A stretch of 64,000 nt of DNA from Botryllus schlosseri. Taxonomy: Eukaryota. Below, piece by piece: positions 1 through 10,900 of this stretch. Under the pieces are notes generated by a model. The model ran no database searches. It saw nothing but the letters and a program-made list of their open reading frames with translations, and was not told where the DNA came from. Position 1 is the stretch's first letter, and every line of letters starts with the position of its first letter. A program made the position numbers and the translations under genes. The DNA lies in NCBI GenBank assembly GCA_051294905.1, contig CM119372.1, positions 38,690,001 through 38,754,000 of the forward strand, in the 5' to 3' direction.

Positions 1-337
1 CACCACCGCCTGTGCTAGAAGAAATACCTGGTAATATTCCGTATCTTGATAATGACGACACAGGTCTCGTGATGTCAGGCAATTGAGACGGGTCTACAGT
101 CGATTCTGTCTCCTGCGGCTTGGGATTGGACTCCTCTTTTTTAGGTGCATAGGTTTTACTTTCTTTCTTTGTCCTGCTTGCGGTATTTCTCGTATTCCGA
201 CCACGCCATGATGTGGATGGCTGAGGTGCGTGTCTTTGACTGCTAGTGGTCGGATTGGACGAATCTTGGTGCGGACGTGAGGGAGGTGTAGGCCTCAATT
301 TTCCTTTAGCTGATTTTGGCCTTGCTGGACGATTCAT
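1..337 (-). CDS. UBXN10: UBX domain-containing protein 10-like, first coding exon (continues beyond left edge)
   Basis: Minus-strand frame open from ATG at 337 to the window edge: MNRPARPKSAKGKLRPTPPSRPHQ...PVSSLSRYGILPGISSSTGGG. RPKSAKGKLRP and SSLSRYGILPGI match, in order, motifs I recall from vertebrate UBXN10 (RPKSAKGRTRP, SSLNKYPVLPSI). There is an in-frame TAA upstream and a tttacag acceptor at 418-424 (minus). The UBX domain itself is not in the window. Confidence 0.75.
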   Translation of the reverse strand, partial: MNRPARPKSAKGKLRPTPPSRPHQDSSNPTTSSQRHAPQPSTSWRGRNTRNTASRTKKESKTYAPKKEESNPKPQETESTVDPSQLPDITRPVSSLSRYGILPGISSSTGGG

Positions 338-454
338 GTTGTGGAATTGACTCAGATCCGTGGCTACGTAATCTTAGAGATTTGTTCTGACATGACGGTG
401 TTCTAATACAGACGGTTCTGTAAATACATGAACATTGAATTAGAATATAGCCTA

Positions 455-1491
455 CACTACAAATAAAATTGAACAAATTTGGTCTTAATGTCTCAAATCG
501 ATTTTTTAGCAAAAAAAAGTCTTAAAAACCAAATAGTCTTACTGAGTACTTTCTATCTCAAAAGTTAAGACCCAAATTGATCGAAAATAGTAGCAGTGCT
601 TTGGGGGCACCCTTTTGAGTGTTAGGTTCTGAGTGAAGGGGAAGCATGAGAGAGATCTGAATTTGAAGTGTTGGGATAATACTGTGCTAAGGAGTTTACA
701 AGAAATTAACTAGATAATGTTATTAAGATAAATGCCACTTACCACTCAACATGTATATTCAGAACAATATATACGCTTGTCTGAATCAATTCTAGCTTTT
801 GTGGTGAGTGGAAAAAATGAGACCAAAAAACTGCAAAATTCGTCTTAAAAGCAAGACTTAAAAAACTGAAGCATCATAATATCGCAATAAGCTAGTTGTG
901 ACAATGTGTTTTTGTCTCATGACAACTTTCCAGTCTTATTTTTAAGACCGGGTAACGCGACATTTCTTGACTAGGAGACTAGCAAAATTTGTTTTAAAAA
1001 CAGGACTGAAAAACTGTGGCATCAAAATTCCTCCTAATTTATAAGCTAGTTCTGTGTTGTGTTTTATGGAAACTTTACGGTCTTATTTTTAAGACCATGA
1101 ACCGCGATGTATTCAAAACAAAAACAAAAAAAACGAAGCATCAGAAGCTGTCTCAACAAGATAGTTGTGTCTTGTGTTCTTGTCTAATGACAACTTTCTG
1201 GTCTCATTTACAAGACAACAATCCATCCATCCAATTCGTCTTAAAAACAAGGCCAAAACACGGGTGAATCAAAAACTGTCTTAATAGGCACAATATGTCT
1301 TGAGATGCTTTTCATTGGGCTGATTTTTAACACCAAATGATCGTGACATTTTTATATGGTCTCAAAAAGCTGATTCAGTCCCAATTTTAAGACGTGACTT
1401 GATCAGTAAGACTGAAATTCCTGAAAATGAGACCAAATCATCCTAACATCTTAAATTGGAGACCAAATTTGTCTAATTTTTTTTTGTAGTG
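455..1491. mobile_element. Non-autonomous CACTA/EnSpm (CMC) element
   Basis: Begins CACTACAAATAAAA and ends TTTTTTGTAGTG, flanked by TA on both sides (453-454, 1492-1493). The interior has many AAGAC/GTCTT and GAGAC/GTCTC motifs. Confidence 0.8.
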
Positions 1492-1493
1492 TA

Positions 1494-2045
1494 CAGGTAG
1501 CGGAGAGGAGGCCAAGATGAGACACTTTTCTGATAATTCAACGCCACTCGAAGAGTAGAATGCCTTCTGAGGATAAATTTTGGTACTGATGGATTACTTG
1601 ACCCTTAAAAATCCTTGCTAAAATGTCTCAACTTACCCCCAGGGCCCAAGGTGAGGGTAAGATGAGACACGCTGTGTTCAAGATGAGACAACAAGCAATT
1701 CTTGCTCATAAACCACCAATTCATCCCAAATGATGAATCAACTAGCAACATCGTGAATAAAATATAATATTCATGAAATAATTCACTTTTGAAAAGAATT
1801 TGTACATCATATACAAATTTAAATGACATCGAAAACCAATTATCCATGAGATCCAGCAACAATAAGAGTTTTGTTATTATTTTGTCTTGTAATGTCACAT
1901 CTAGTAAACTACTAGATAAATACTACATTTTGTGTGCCTTCAACAGTAAATTTTGAATCTTGCGAGGCTTTCAATAGAAAAGCCCTCTGATACCCATGTC
2001 TCAACTTGCCCCCATGGTTTAGTCTCATTTTACCCATACACCTCA
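1494..2045. mobile_element. Degenerate MITE with AAGATGAGACA / TGTCTCA..T(T/G)ACCCC inverted motifs (possibly pogo-like)
   Basis: AAGATGAGACAC at ~1514 and ~1660; reverse-complement-like TGTCTCAACTT(A/G)CCCC at ~1624 and ~1997 and GTCTCATTTTACCC at ~2022. Ends imprecise. Confidence 0.4.
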
Positions 2046-2411
2046 ATTATTGTTCAAACTTGACTAAAAAAAATTTTCGCGTCCTCGGAGGACCATTCAC
2101 TTTTCTTGAGTAAAGAAGCAAATCCCCATAAAGGACACATGGAAAGCCTCCGGTATATTATTTGCTTCAACCAACACCATGCAGCGCTTTACTACGACTC
2201 TAGCAGTTCAAAAGCACTAGATCGAATCAATAATCAATATTCGTACGGTACCGAATTTACAATTATCTCCTCTGCTTGGTTACGAAGGCGGTATCACTAT
2301 CTCGGCGAATAAAGATCATCGCAAATCACGATCAGATTGCGGCAATATAACGCCAAAAAACGAAGCAATTACGAATTACCGTACCAGTTTTTTTATGCTG
2401 CTTATTTTTCA

Positions 2412-2438
2412 ATTGCCTTGCAACAGTTACTGGGTAAT
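2412..2438. promoter_or_regulatory. Tandem X-box-like (RFX) motifs, candidate promoter element of the UBXN10-like gene
   Basis: ATTGCCTTGCAAC (2412-2424) immediately followed by GTTACTGGGTAAT (2426-2438); both resemble GTTRCC-N(0-3)-RGYAAC. They lie in a stretch with no recognised repeat, upstream of a cilia-associated gene. Confidence 0.4.
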
Positions 2439-2784
2439 CGTCGCTGTTCAGTGACCCGTGAAAATAACGATCACATTATATTTTGATGGATCTTAGAAGT
2501 ACAGAACTTCAGTATGCAATTTAATATTACATTTACACGGAAATATATGGTCTTATTCTCAGCTGACACTCGTTAGGGCTAGTCGCCAGCAACTAGTACA
2601 GAAAATGATATTGTAGATCATAGGGATAGCATAATATGTCGTCTTTAAGAGGATCTGTCCTCTTTCTTCAAGAAAGCGGAAATTTTTAATACAATACAAT
2701 TTATTGCTAACAATTTCATCATTTCAATACACCACAAAACTGCGATAAAATGAAAAATATGAAGTTGTCGAAACGACTTGAGTA

Positions 2785-5634
2785 GGGGAGATGTGGTACC
2801 GATGGATCAAAAATTGGAAAATGATCGCTGGCCCCAAAATGTTCAGCCGAAAACAGCAGATCTTTTGCTGACTCAGCGCTTTGATACAAGCTCTACCTAT
2901 CGCGCGCATATACATGAATATCCGTCTTTTAAAAAAATATTTATAGACGTTCAAAATTTGTTGCTCGAACGTATCATCGGTCCCCACCCGGTGGGTCCAA
3001 TGGCACACGACCCGGGGACCTATGAGACATATGCCCTAAAGAACTCAGATGTGAAAACTTTTCTTGCTCAGTATTATAATCTAAGCCAGTGGTTCTCAAC
3101 CTTTTTCACCTCGCGGACCGGTAAATTTCCGAAAGATACTTGACGGACCGGTGGACTATCAAAAATTGAAATCAACCGAAAAGTTAAAATATGCTGCCGT
3201 TTTTTTGCAAGTATATGGTGCTGGAGAGTGACATTTTGAGGGGTTTGATCGAAATTAATGATGTTCATGATGGAATCCATGTGATTTTACGGTAGTGAGT
3301 CTGCTGAGTCGAAGTAAAATTGCCGTGCCCAGATACACGTGCTACCGCCGAGAGTCTTTTACAGTCTTTCGCGCCGTAGGCCATGGATGTAACCGACTAC
3401 GCCAACTGGAATTATATTCATCTCTTCGACAATATCGAGAGAAGAAGTGTTTCTGAGTCGAACCAAGCACCTTGTCGTGCTACTTTGCACAATGCTCATT
3501 GCCCACAACACCAGACGTAGGCTACTCTTGCTACTACAGATACAATGCGCCGCACGAAAACACCTGACCACAGCTATATCCGGCCATCCACAAAACCGGG
3601 TCTGCAAAATCACTTCGTTTGACAACCCCCAAATAAACGTTGGTCTTATTCTTCCTACAGTTAGATCGATTTTTTCATCAGTACTTGTGAACACATCCAT
3701 TCAAAAACTGTAATCACCGGCGGGTTGACTAAAAAAAAGGGTCAACTTTTCGACTAGATGTCGAATTTTACACTTTTGCAACTAAATTTTCGTGGGTTGC
3801 CTAAATAAAAAATAAAAAAGTTCTCCGATTTGACTCCTATATAGCCGTTTTAACGCGTCATCGCACCCCTATCGCCCCCTCCGCTATTTTCACTCCTCTG
3901 TCCATTTTCGCCCCCTTATCGCCACCTACGTCATTTTCGCCCCCCCCCGCCAAATCGCCCCCTGGGGGGCGATATCTCCCACGTTGGGAACAACTGGTGT
4001 ATACAGAGAGCATATGTAGCCTGATCGCGCGAAGCGCGGAAATTTTTTATAATTCATGACCGAATCGGTCAATAATATTCTTGATTGCGTATATATTGCT
4101 CTAATTTTTTTGATCCACCCAGAATTATCAGATTTTCCGGTAGAGCTGAGTGAGGTGTTGTCTTGGAAAATTTAGGCCATGTCATCAATATTAAACATAT
4201 TCGGCGGGCGTGTTGGAATAATTACTTCGTTGTATGTCATTGTTTCGTGACGTACTGTCTGTTATAGATAGTGAATAGATATTGATATCGCCCAAGCGCA
4301 CTAAACTAGAATACGCACAACATTCCAAATTAGTATTTCTTCACTGGAAAATAACTGTTCTCTCTGAGATGGTATTTGTCGTGTGGGGTACGGATTGTCA
4401 GGAGAGCTAAATTATGCGCCAGCCATTTAGGTGCCTATATGGACAATATGACACATATATATCGAAATTTTCGGTCAACAAAGGGCAGTCCTATTCGGCC
4501 AAGGTGTTCTCTCTGCCAAATCTTTGACGCACTTTTCGGAGTCCTATGTTCGCCTAAACTTCATCATGTGTTGGTGCGTCGCAGCGCGGCAATGACTGAC
4601 GCCGGAATGCCTATTCCCATAAATCATGTGTATTTCTTGGGGGAAGGGCACCCAATATCAAGGCATTTAGTGACACTAAATCGGGAAAAGCGCGATATAA
4701 AAAAAAATTGGATGAAGTTTCAAAGAAATGCTCTATAATTTATGTTCATTCACGAAATGACTTTGGGGCCCCTTAAATATACGGGGTTTGGGTGCGGTAG
4801 TTACGGTTCTGCACGAAATGAATAAATCGAAAACGAATGATCGTGCAAACTGCGCGGTTTAGCGAGTCAGCTCGTACTTGTCGCATCTTGAAATCAAGGT
4901 ATAAAATTGAAATATACCTGGCGGACCGGCAGGAAGGTCGTCGCGGACCGGCAGTTGAGAACCACTGATCTAAGCTACAGAAAGCCAAAGAAGAATGTTT
5001 GGTCGCAACCGTCAAAAAATAGAATAAATAGTACCTTAAATATAGTCATAAAATCACGTTTCGATTTAGGCTCGAGCTTATAAATTTGAGGGTTCATACA
5101 TATTGCCCGAAAATCGCCAGTGTGACTTCCAACTACCTCGTTATAGCGATAAAACATCATATGCAATTATTACATAAATATTTTCTGTACGTAGGCATGT
5201 TTCATTTGTTTCATAATTAGTATGCTTGATTATTTTGCTTGATTTGGCTATTGTATCATCGGTCCCCACCCTACGAATTTTATACATGAATCGAAAAAAA
5301 TTCCACTCAATGAAGGTACTGAAAAAATAATAGGTGCCATTATATAGCCTGATACAAGCCCTACACTTCACAATAACAATGATTGCTGGTGTGTTCGTGC
5401 TGAAGGTTACAAAGAAAAATGTATATGTCGATCTAAATTCAGTTAACACCCCCAAAAATAAAAAACATCTGTGAGAGACCCCATAGCTCGCGCACGTCGA
5501 GTTTTATTGCATGTGAGGAAAGATTTTGCCAGCATGCAATTGTAGACAGGTTCACGAAGTGTAATCATGAAATGATCATAGAGAATTTTCAAAGTATTTT
5601 CGGTCCCAGTGATCCATCGGTACCACATCTCCCC
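2785..5634. mobile_element. TA-flanked non-autonomous DNA transposon (Tc1/mariner-pogo-like), host of a nested hAT element
   Basis: Perfect TIR GGGGAGATGTGGTACCGATGGATCA ... TGATCCATCGGTACCACATCTCCCC with TA on both flanks. Confidence 0.8.
3087..4967. mobile_element. Non-autonomous hAT (Buster/Charlie-like) element; second copy at 59535-60902
   Basis: TIR CAGTGGTTCTCAAC ... GTTGAGAACCACTG, perfect 8-bp TSD ATCTAAGC, subterminal GCGGACCGG repeats. Long internal similarity to 59535-60902. Confidence 0.9.
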
Positions 5635-7440
5635 TAGTCATCGATAGCAGACACCCACCTGATATAAGCGATTTAAAGAATGATACATACAGTGCACACT
5701 GAATGAAAAGTAAAAGAAGACATTATAAAAGGATAGGCGACAAAAAGAGGTGCCCTCCTAGTTCGAGAACGCCCTAAAGTCCTCATTTTCCTAAATCATA
5801 CTCTTTTATTGCATTGAGTGTTGGGCGATGAGTTAAAGGGAACTAAAAATGATAATATGCGCAGAAAATACACGTGAAAGCTGGCTTACTATGTAACTGG
5901 GAACTGGAAACCGGTTTTCAGGTTCCGGCTCAGAAAAATGACCTTTTTAACTAGTCAATCCGCGACCGATCACTATTTCCGTAAAAAATGCCCCGTTGCA
6001 ATGTCTTTGAATTTCACCTGAAATAAATGTCATCTTTCTCGGATCTCAAAATATGGTAACTAGTATACCATCGACTAACCATCGTTATTTAAGTATCACA
6101 TTCGGTGACATATTCGTCGAATAACTATAACAGCTGCCGACAACAACCGTATGGAACTAAAATCACCTATTTCGTATGGCATGCGGACTCTTCATTTACA
6201 GTTGCACAACAGGTTATTGAATATACGAGACCTAAAATTGGTTTCAAGGAACCACAAAATTATTTGGACCTATCTCGATCTTCTTTCTAAAAGTATACAT
6301 AGTGTCAATTATGCCAATGGAATCGTTTATCTCTGATATTCCATGTTACCATGATTTTGATTTCTGCTTCCGACTCCATAACTTTGATCATAAGCACATA
6401 TGTTGGTGTTGGTGATGTTTGCATAGTAGGCTAGTCTTTTCCCGCTTCATATGGTTTCATATTATCCACGCAGTTACTTTGAACACTATTTTCTCCGCCA
6501 TTATCGTTGTGAACAGTCACAACTTACCTTTGATTCAATGTATGCAGTCATTCACAGGGCAAACAGGACATGATGTTCAGGTTCAGTTCACTGTTCGGTG
6601 TTCGGTTACGTATTCCATCGACCATATTCAACTTCTGTTCAGAATCCTGTAGGTGCCGCCAAAGTCTCGTTTACATTGTAGATTCTAGAACCGACACATT
6701 TATTGCGCGTGATAAATAAACACGCTCGTCCTATAAATACAATGTTAGAGACATTTGAATGCAGCATCTAAACTCGATGTAGAGGATGGAACTCCATCAA
6801 TTGTCCATATAGTGGGTCAGTGATGTGCAACTTTTTTGACAATCTTGCTAGATAGGCCTATCAATAATGCGATGAAACCGCATTCTAAATGTTACGAGGG
6901 GATTCGTCGTATTATGAATTGGTAACGGCGATGGCGAGACTTTTCAATCAAATTCAATATCGAGATATAATATCAATTAATTAGAGGTTAATCGTTCGGC
7001 GAAATTTTCAGGTTATTGAATAAATTTTAGCGAAAATAATGATGTGCAAAGTCAGGCTAGGCTAAACAAGAAGAGAATCAAAACACATTGCAAGGCCGGC
7101 GTACAACCATGCAAATTCAATTCATTCGCGGGACAGACAATTTGGTAAAATGATGTTCAGTTTTAGGTAGGTTTGAAAATGGTGTCCTGAACCCAATATA
7201 ATATCGATAGTGAGGTTTTACATCACCCCAAACCATACCACCTGTATAAACCCTGGTAGAGGCTATAATTATTACGCTTGGGTAGGCTAGGTAAAATCGC
7301 GGCACTCAAATTTTAGGGGAATCCGACATTTTGAGCCGATCTTCCTCCATCTCAACAACATCAATATGAATATTTGCTCCTGTGACCACGGACGACTCAT
7401 CACGTTCTCGCGGGTTACCGGTAGACCCAGGTATAAAACA

Positions 7441-7499
7441 TCGGAAACGGACTGAAAACCATTGATTTTTGAAAGTCGATCAATTCTGAACAACCCTAT
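7441..7499. mobile_element. MITE terminus (..ACGGACTGAAAA..TTCTGAACAACCCTA) about 200 bp upstream of the SLC1A start codon
   Basis: The same terminus recurs at ~56127-56195, and a related AGGGTTGTTCAGA end bounds the foldback at 19972-21444. Confidence 0.6.
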
Positions 7500-7704
7500 A
7501 GCCTACACGTGGACAATGAACATTAACAAATATTACGGCTATTCTTGCCAAATTCCTGTTGAGAGATCGGTGGTGATCGTAGCATGGCCACTGGCAATTG
7601 ATTGCATGCGATTTATGACGGAATCTTATCTCATTCTACTCAGCTTGAACTGTAGTCTGTCTCTAATATACATTCGGCAAGCGTGAAACTGTTCTGCGTC
7701 TACG

Positions 7705-7927
7705 ATGGCATGTTGTACGGGAGAGCAATGCAAGACGTGGTCTAAAGAGAACGCCCTGCTTTTGGCAACCCTAGCCGGAGTTGCATTGGGTATAATTGTT
7801 GGTGTAGCTATGCGAGAAGCAAATTTCACCAATCTTCAAATCGAATACTTTGTGTTTCCCGGAGAACTGCTACTCAGGATGCTGAAATTGATGATTCTAC
7901 CTTTGATTATCTGTAGCTTGATTACCG
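7705..7927 (+). CDS. SLC1A/EAAT coding exon 1 (TM1-TM2)
   Basis: MACCTGEQ...[25 protein letters not shown]; donor G|gtgagt at 7928. Confidence 0.93.
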
Positions 7928-10900
7928 GTGAGTGGCCTATCTGGTATCTCCGTTTCTGTTGACTTCGTGGATACCACCGACGGTAGGCGTAACAAAGAAT
8001 ACTCGGGTTGAACGATCTGCGAGATATTGCTGTGTTCCACTTCAATATGGCATTTAAATTCTGAAAAATGCCTTGGTCATAAATCTAGAATAACGGTTCC
8101 ATCCTAATCTTGGGTTTGTTTGTAGACCTACTGTTGAGTCGTAAGCGGGAAATATAGGCCTCTGGAATAAAGCTGACAGTCGTCGAGCATGTCCGCATTA
8201 AAGTCGAATTATAAGCAATTTCTTCTAAATGAATACCAGTCAGCCTTCAGGATTACTGGACCACAACATAACATATCCATCCCGCCTTCCGTCACATGCC
8301 ACCTCGGTTTGTCGCCTGCCTTTTGTATTAATTGTCTGTTTTACTTTTCATTCAGTGTGTTGTCATGCCTCTTCTCTACTTCGCCTAGGCCATTGGTTGC
8401 CAACCTTTCCGACTCATCGCCCCCTTATCAAACTCGGAACAACTGTTCACCCCCCCCCCCCCATACTCGCGTATCCCAAACACCGGGCATATAAACGGGA
8501 AATCTATTCACAAAACTCTGATCCCTGATGAATTGAATGAAAAGGAAAGGTCAATTCTCGGAGTAGGTGCCCAAAAATCGGTTTCCGCGTCTACTTGCCG
8601 TTGAGTTGACCTTTTTTCAGTCAACTTTCCAGTGTTAATTAAATATATCTCATCACTGGACGTTCCAACATTTTCGCCACTGGCCTAAGCCAAGGTGGCC
8701 GGGTGTCTGATTTCAAAGACTACTCCAAGTCGTTTCGACACCTTCCTTTTGTTCATTCTATCGCAGTTTTGCGGTGTTTTGAAATGATGAAAATAATAAA
8801 AACTTATACTGATACTGATACTGATAAGCTTTGCTGACCATTTTGATGCCGCCGTATAGTAGCATTTGGGACATACGATAACGATATTAACATGGACTTC
8901 AGATGCAGGTTAATATACTTGGAATATTTTTTATTGGTAATTGCATGAGCGTTATTTCATATTTGGTGTAAAAGGCACTTTGACATGATCCTCCAATTGC
9001 TAGACTACTCAGTACTCATATGGTATTGCAATATCCTATAGTCCAACTAGGAGGTTGACTGCACATGCACATGCGCTTACAAGTCGATGTCCGTTGTCGC
9101 TGCTACCTTCTCCCATATCGTTCTAATTCCAATTTGTGCCCTCGCTGTTTACAGGTGTGTCGTCGCTTGATCAGGGGTCATCGGGGAAAATGGGATTAAG
9201 AGCAGTGGCGTACTACATGAGTACCACGCTAATCGCTGTGGTCATTGGAATCGTCCTTGTAGTAACTATTCAGCCAGGTAATGTACCAAAAGATTGATGC
9301 AGATAACAACATCGTCGTAGCCTGCATACTAAGAATGGTTCAAACGCCTAAAAGGTTCGGGCTCGTGACAATATTTGAGGTCACGTGATGTCACAATTTT
9401 AATTCAAACAAAACTCAATTTTTGCAATCCTGTCGTAACTGACAATCCCTTCATTAAATTATAAAAGTAACCAATGTGGCTTTAAAATGCGGCCTGTTAT
9501 ACATTGGAAGTTGAGAGCCCCTGGACTATAGGGTCTATATATAAACATGATGTCTGGTTATCCGTAAGTAAGCATTAATTACTTTCAGTTGATTAGTTCC
9601 GTGTACTGTTGCCTAATCGTTACCGTACCATTCTGTTCTCTTTTGCTCTGCTGTCGGTTCTATGCTTCCTAACAGTAGAATTGGCTTTGCCATATATAGG
9701 CCTAATCGAACGCTAATATAAGTTTCACCGTATTTACCAGACGTAGCCGATACGGACGTTTAATACTTGATTATGCATTCTAAAGCAATAATCGACACCG
9801 TTCGCAAGTTTGCCTTTGATGTTGGATGTGTCAATATGTTATCATCCTGGTGCTGATCCTGGATAAAAGCGCGTCATTGCAGAACAACTGTCCCCCTCCC
9901 AACGTTTGCCCTGCCAGCGTTTACTCTACAGATGTGATTTCTTGGCTCTAGCAATATTCTCTGAAACCAGAGTCCATCAGATGACTACCGATTAGTAGCA
10001 CAACAGTACCAATTTCAACCAGGATGCGTTATCAATAAACAGAACATATCAATATATTGCTTTCATAGTCCAAGATGTTGCGGACCGCAAAATAAGCATC
10101 TGCGGGCCGAGTGTTGAGAACCCCTGCCCCAGTCTGTTGCCGTATTAGTGTTGTTTTTGAGCGGCTTCTAAATCTTCTGGTGCATGCTTTCATTCACCAG
10201 AAGCCTGATTAATCAAAGATTTTCTGAATAAAATCGTTGCAATTCAAAGTGCCCAATACTCCGATGTTTAATGCCGAACAAACATATAAACGATCCAAAA
10301 CTGGCGAGTCGGGTAGTTGGATTTACAATTAATTTAGCGTCACAGAAAAATTCTCAACGAAAATGGTCGACGGACGCTTTCTGTCACTTATTAATGACTT
10401 GGTCCGACAACAAATTACCCGTAAAGAAAAGAATGATAAATGACTATCGTCTACAAATGTATAGTCAATACTCAAAGTCTGCAAAGTCCGCTTTGTGCCA
10501 GTGGACGTAGCTAATGGTCCTATTGTGATATGAAATATGTTGGGAAATTATAATCTAATCCAAGTATTTACACCTAGTGTTATTGATCTGCTCGGATAAT
10601 ATCTGGAACAACAACAACACGTGTGTCAGTACCGGGTGCCTGTGAACATAGCATCATAATCTCGTTCTAACCCGTTTCATGTCAATGACGTATGTAGCAG
10701 TGGTATAGAGGCATGGCAAATAATAATTAATTATCATTGACAAAAACAAGCCGTTATATTTCAAGATTCATTCTCGATAATTAGTATATGTTTTACGATA
10801 CAAGCTTTCAGTTCAAATTTCCTTTCGTGCTTCCGCACTGCGATCAAGCGATTGTGATGGGGTGCTGGGAAGGCAATGAACTTTGATCGAAAATGTTAGA

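Noticed and set aside
10346..10400. STDAFCHLL as a candidate SLC1A exon 3
   Set aside because: No suitable phase-2 donor. 13386-13467 (DAILDILR) has correct splice sites and phases.
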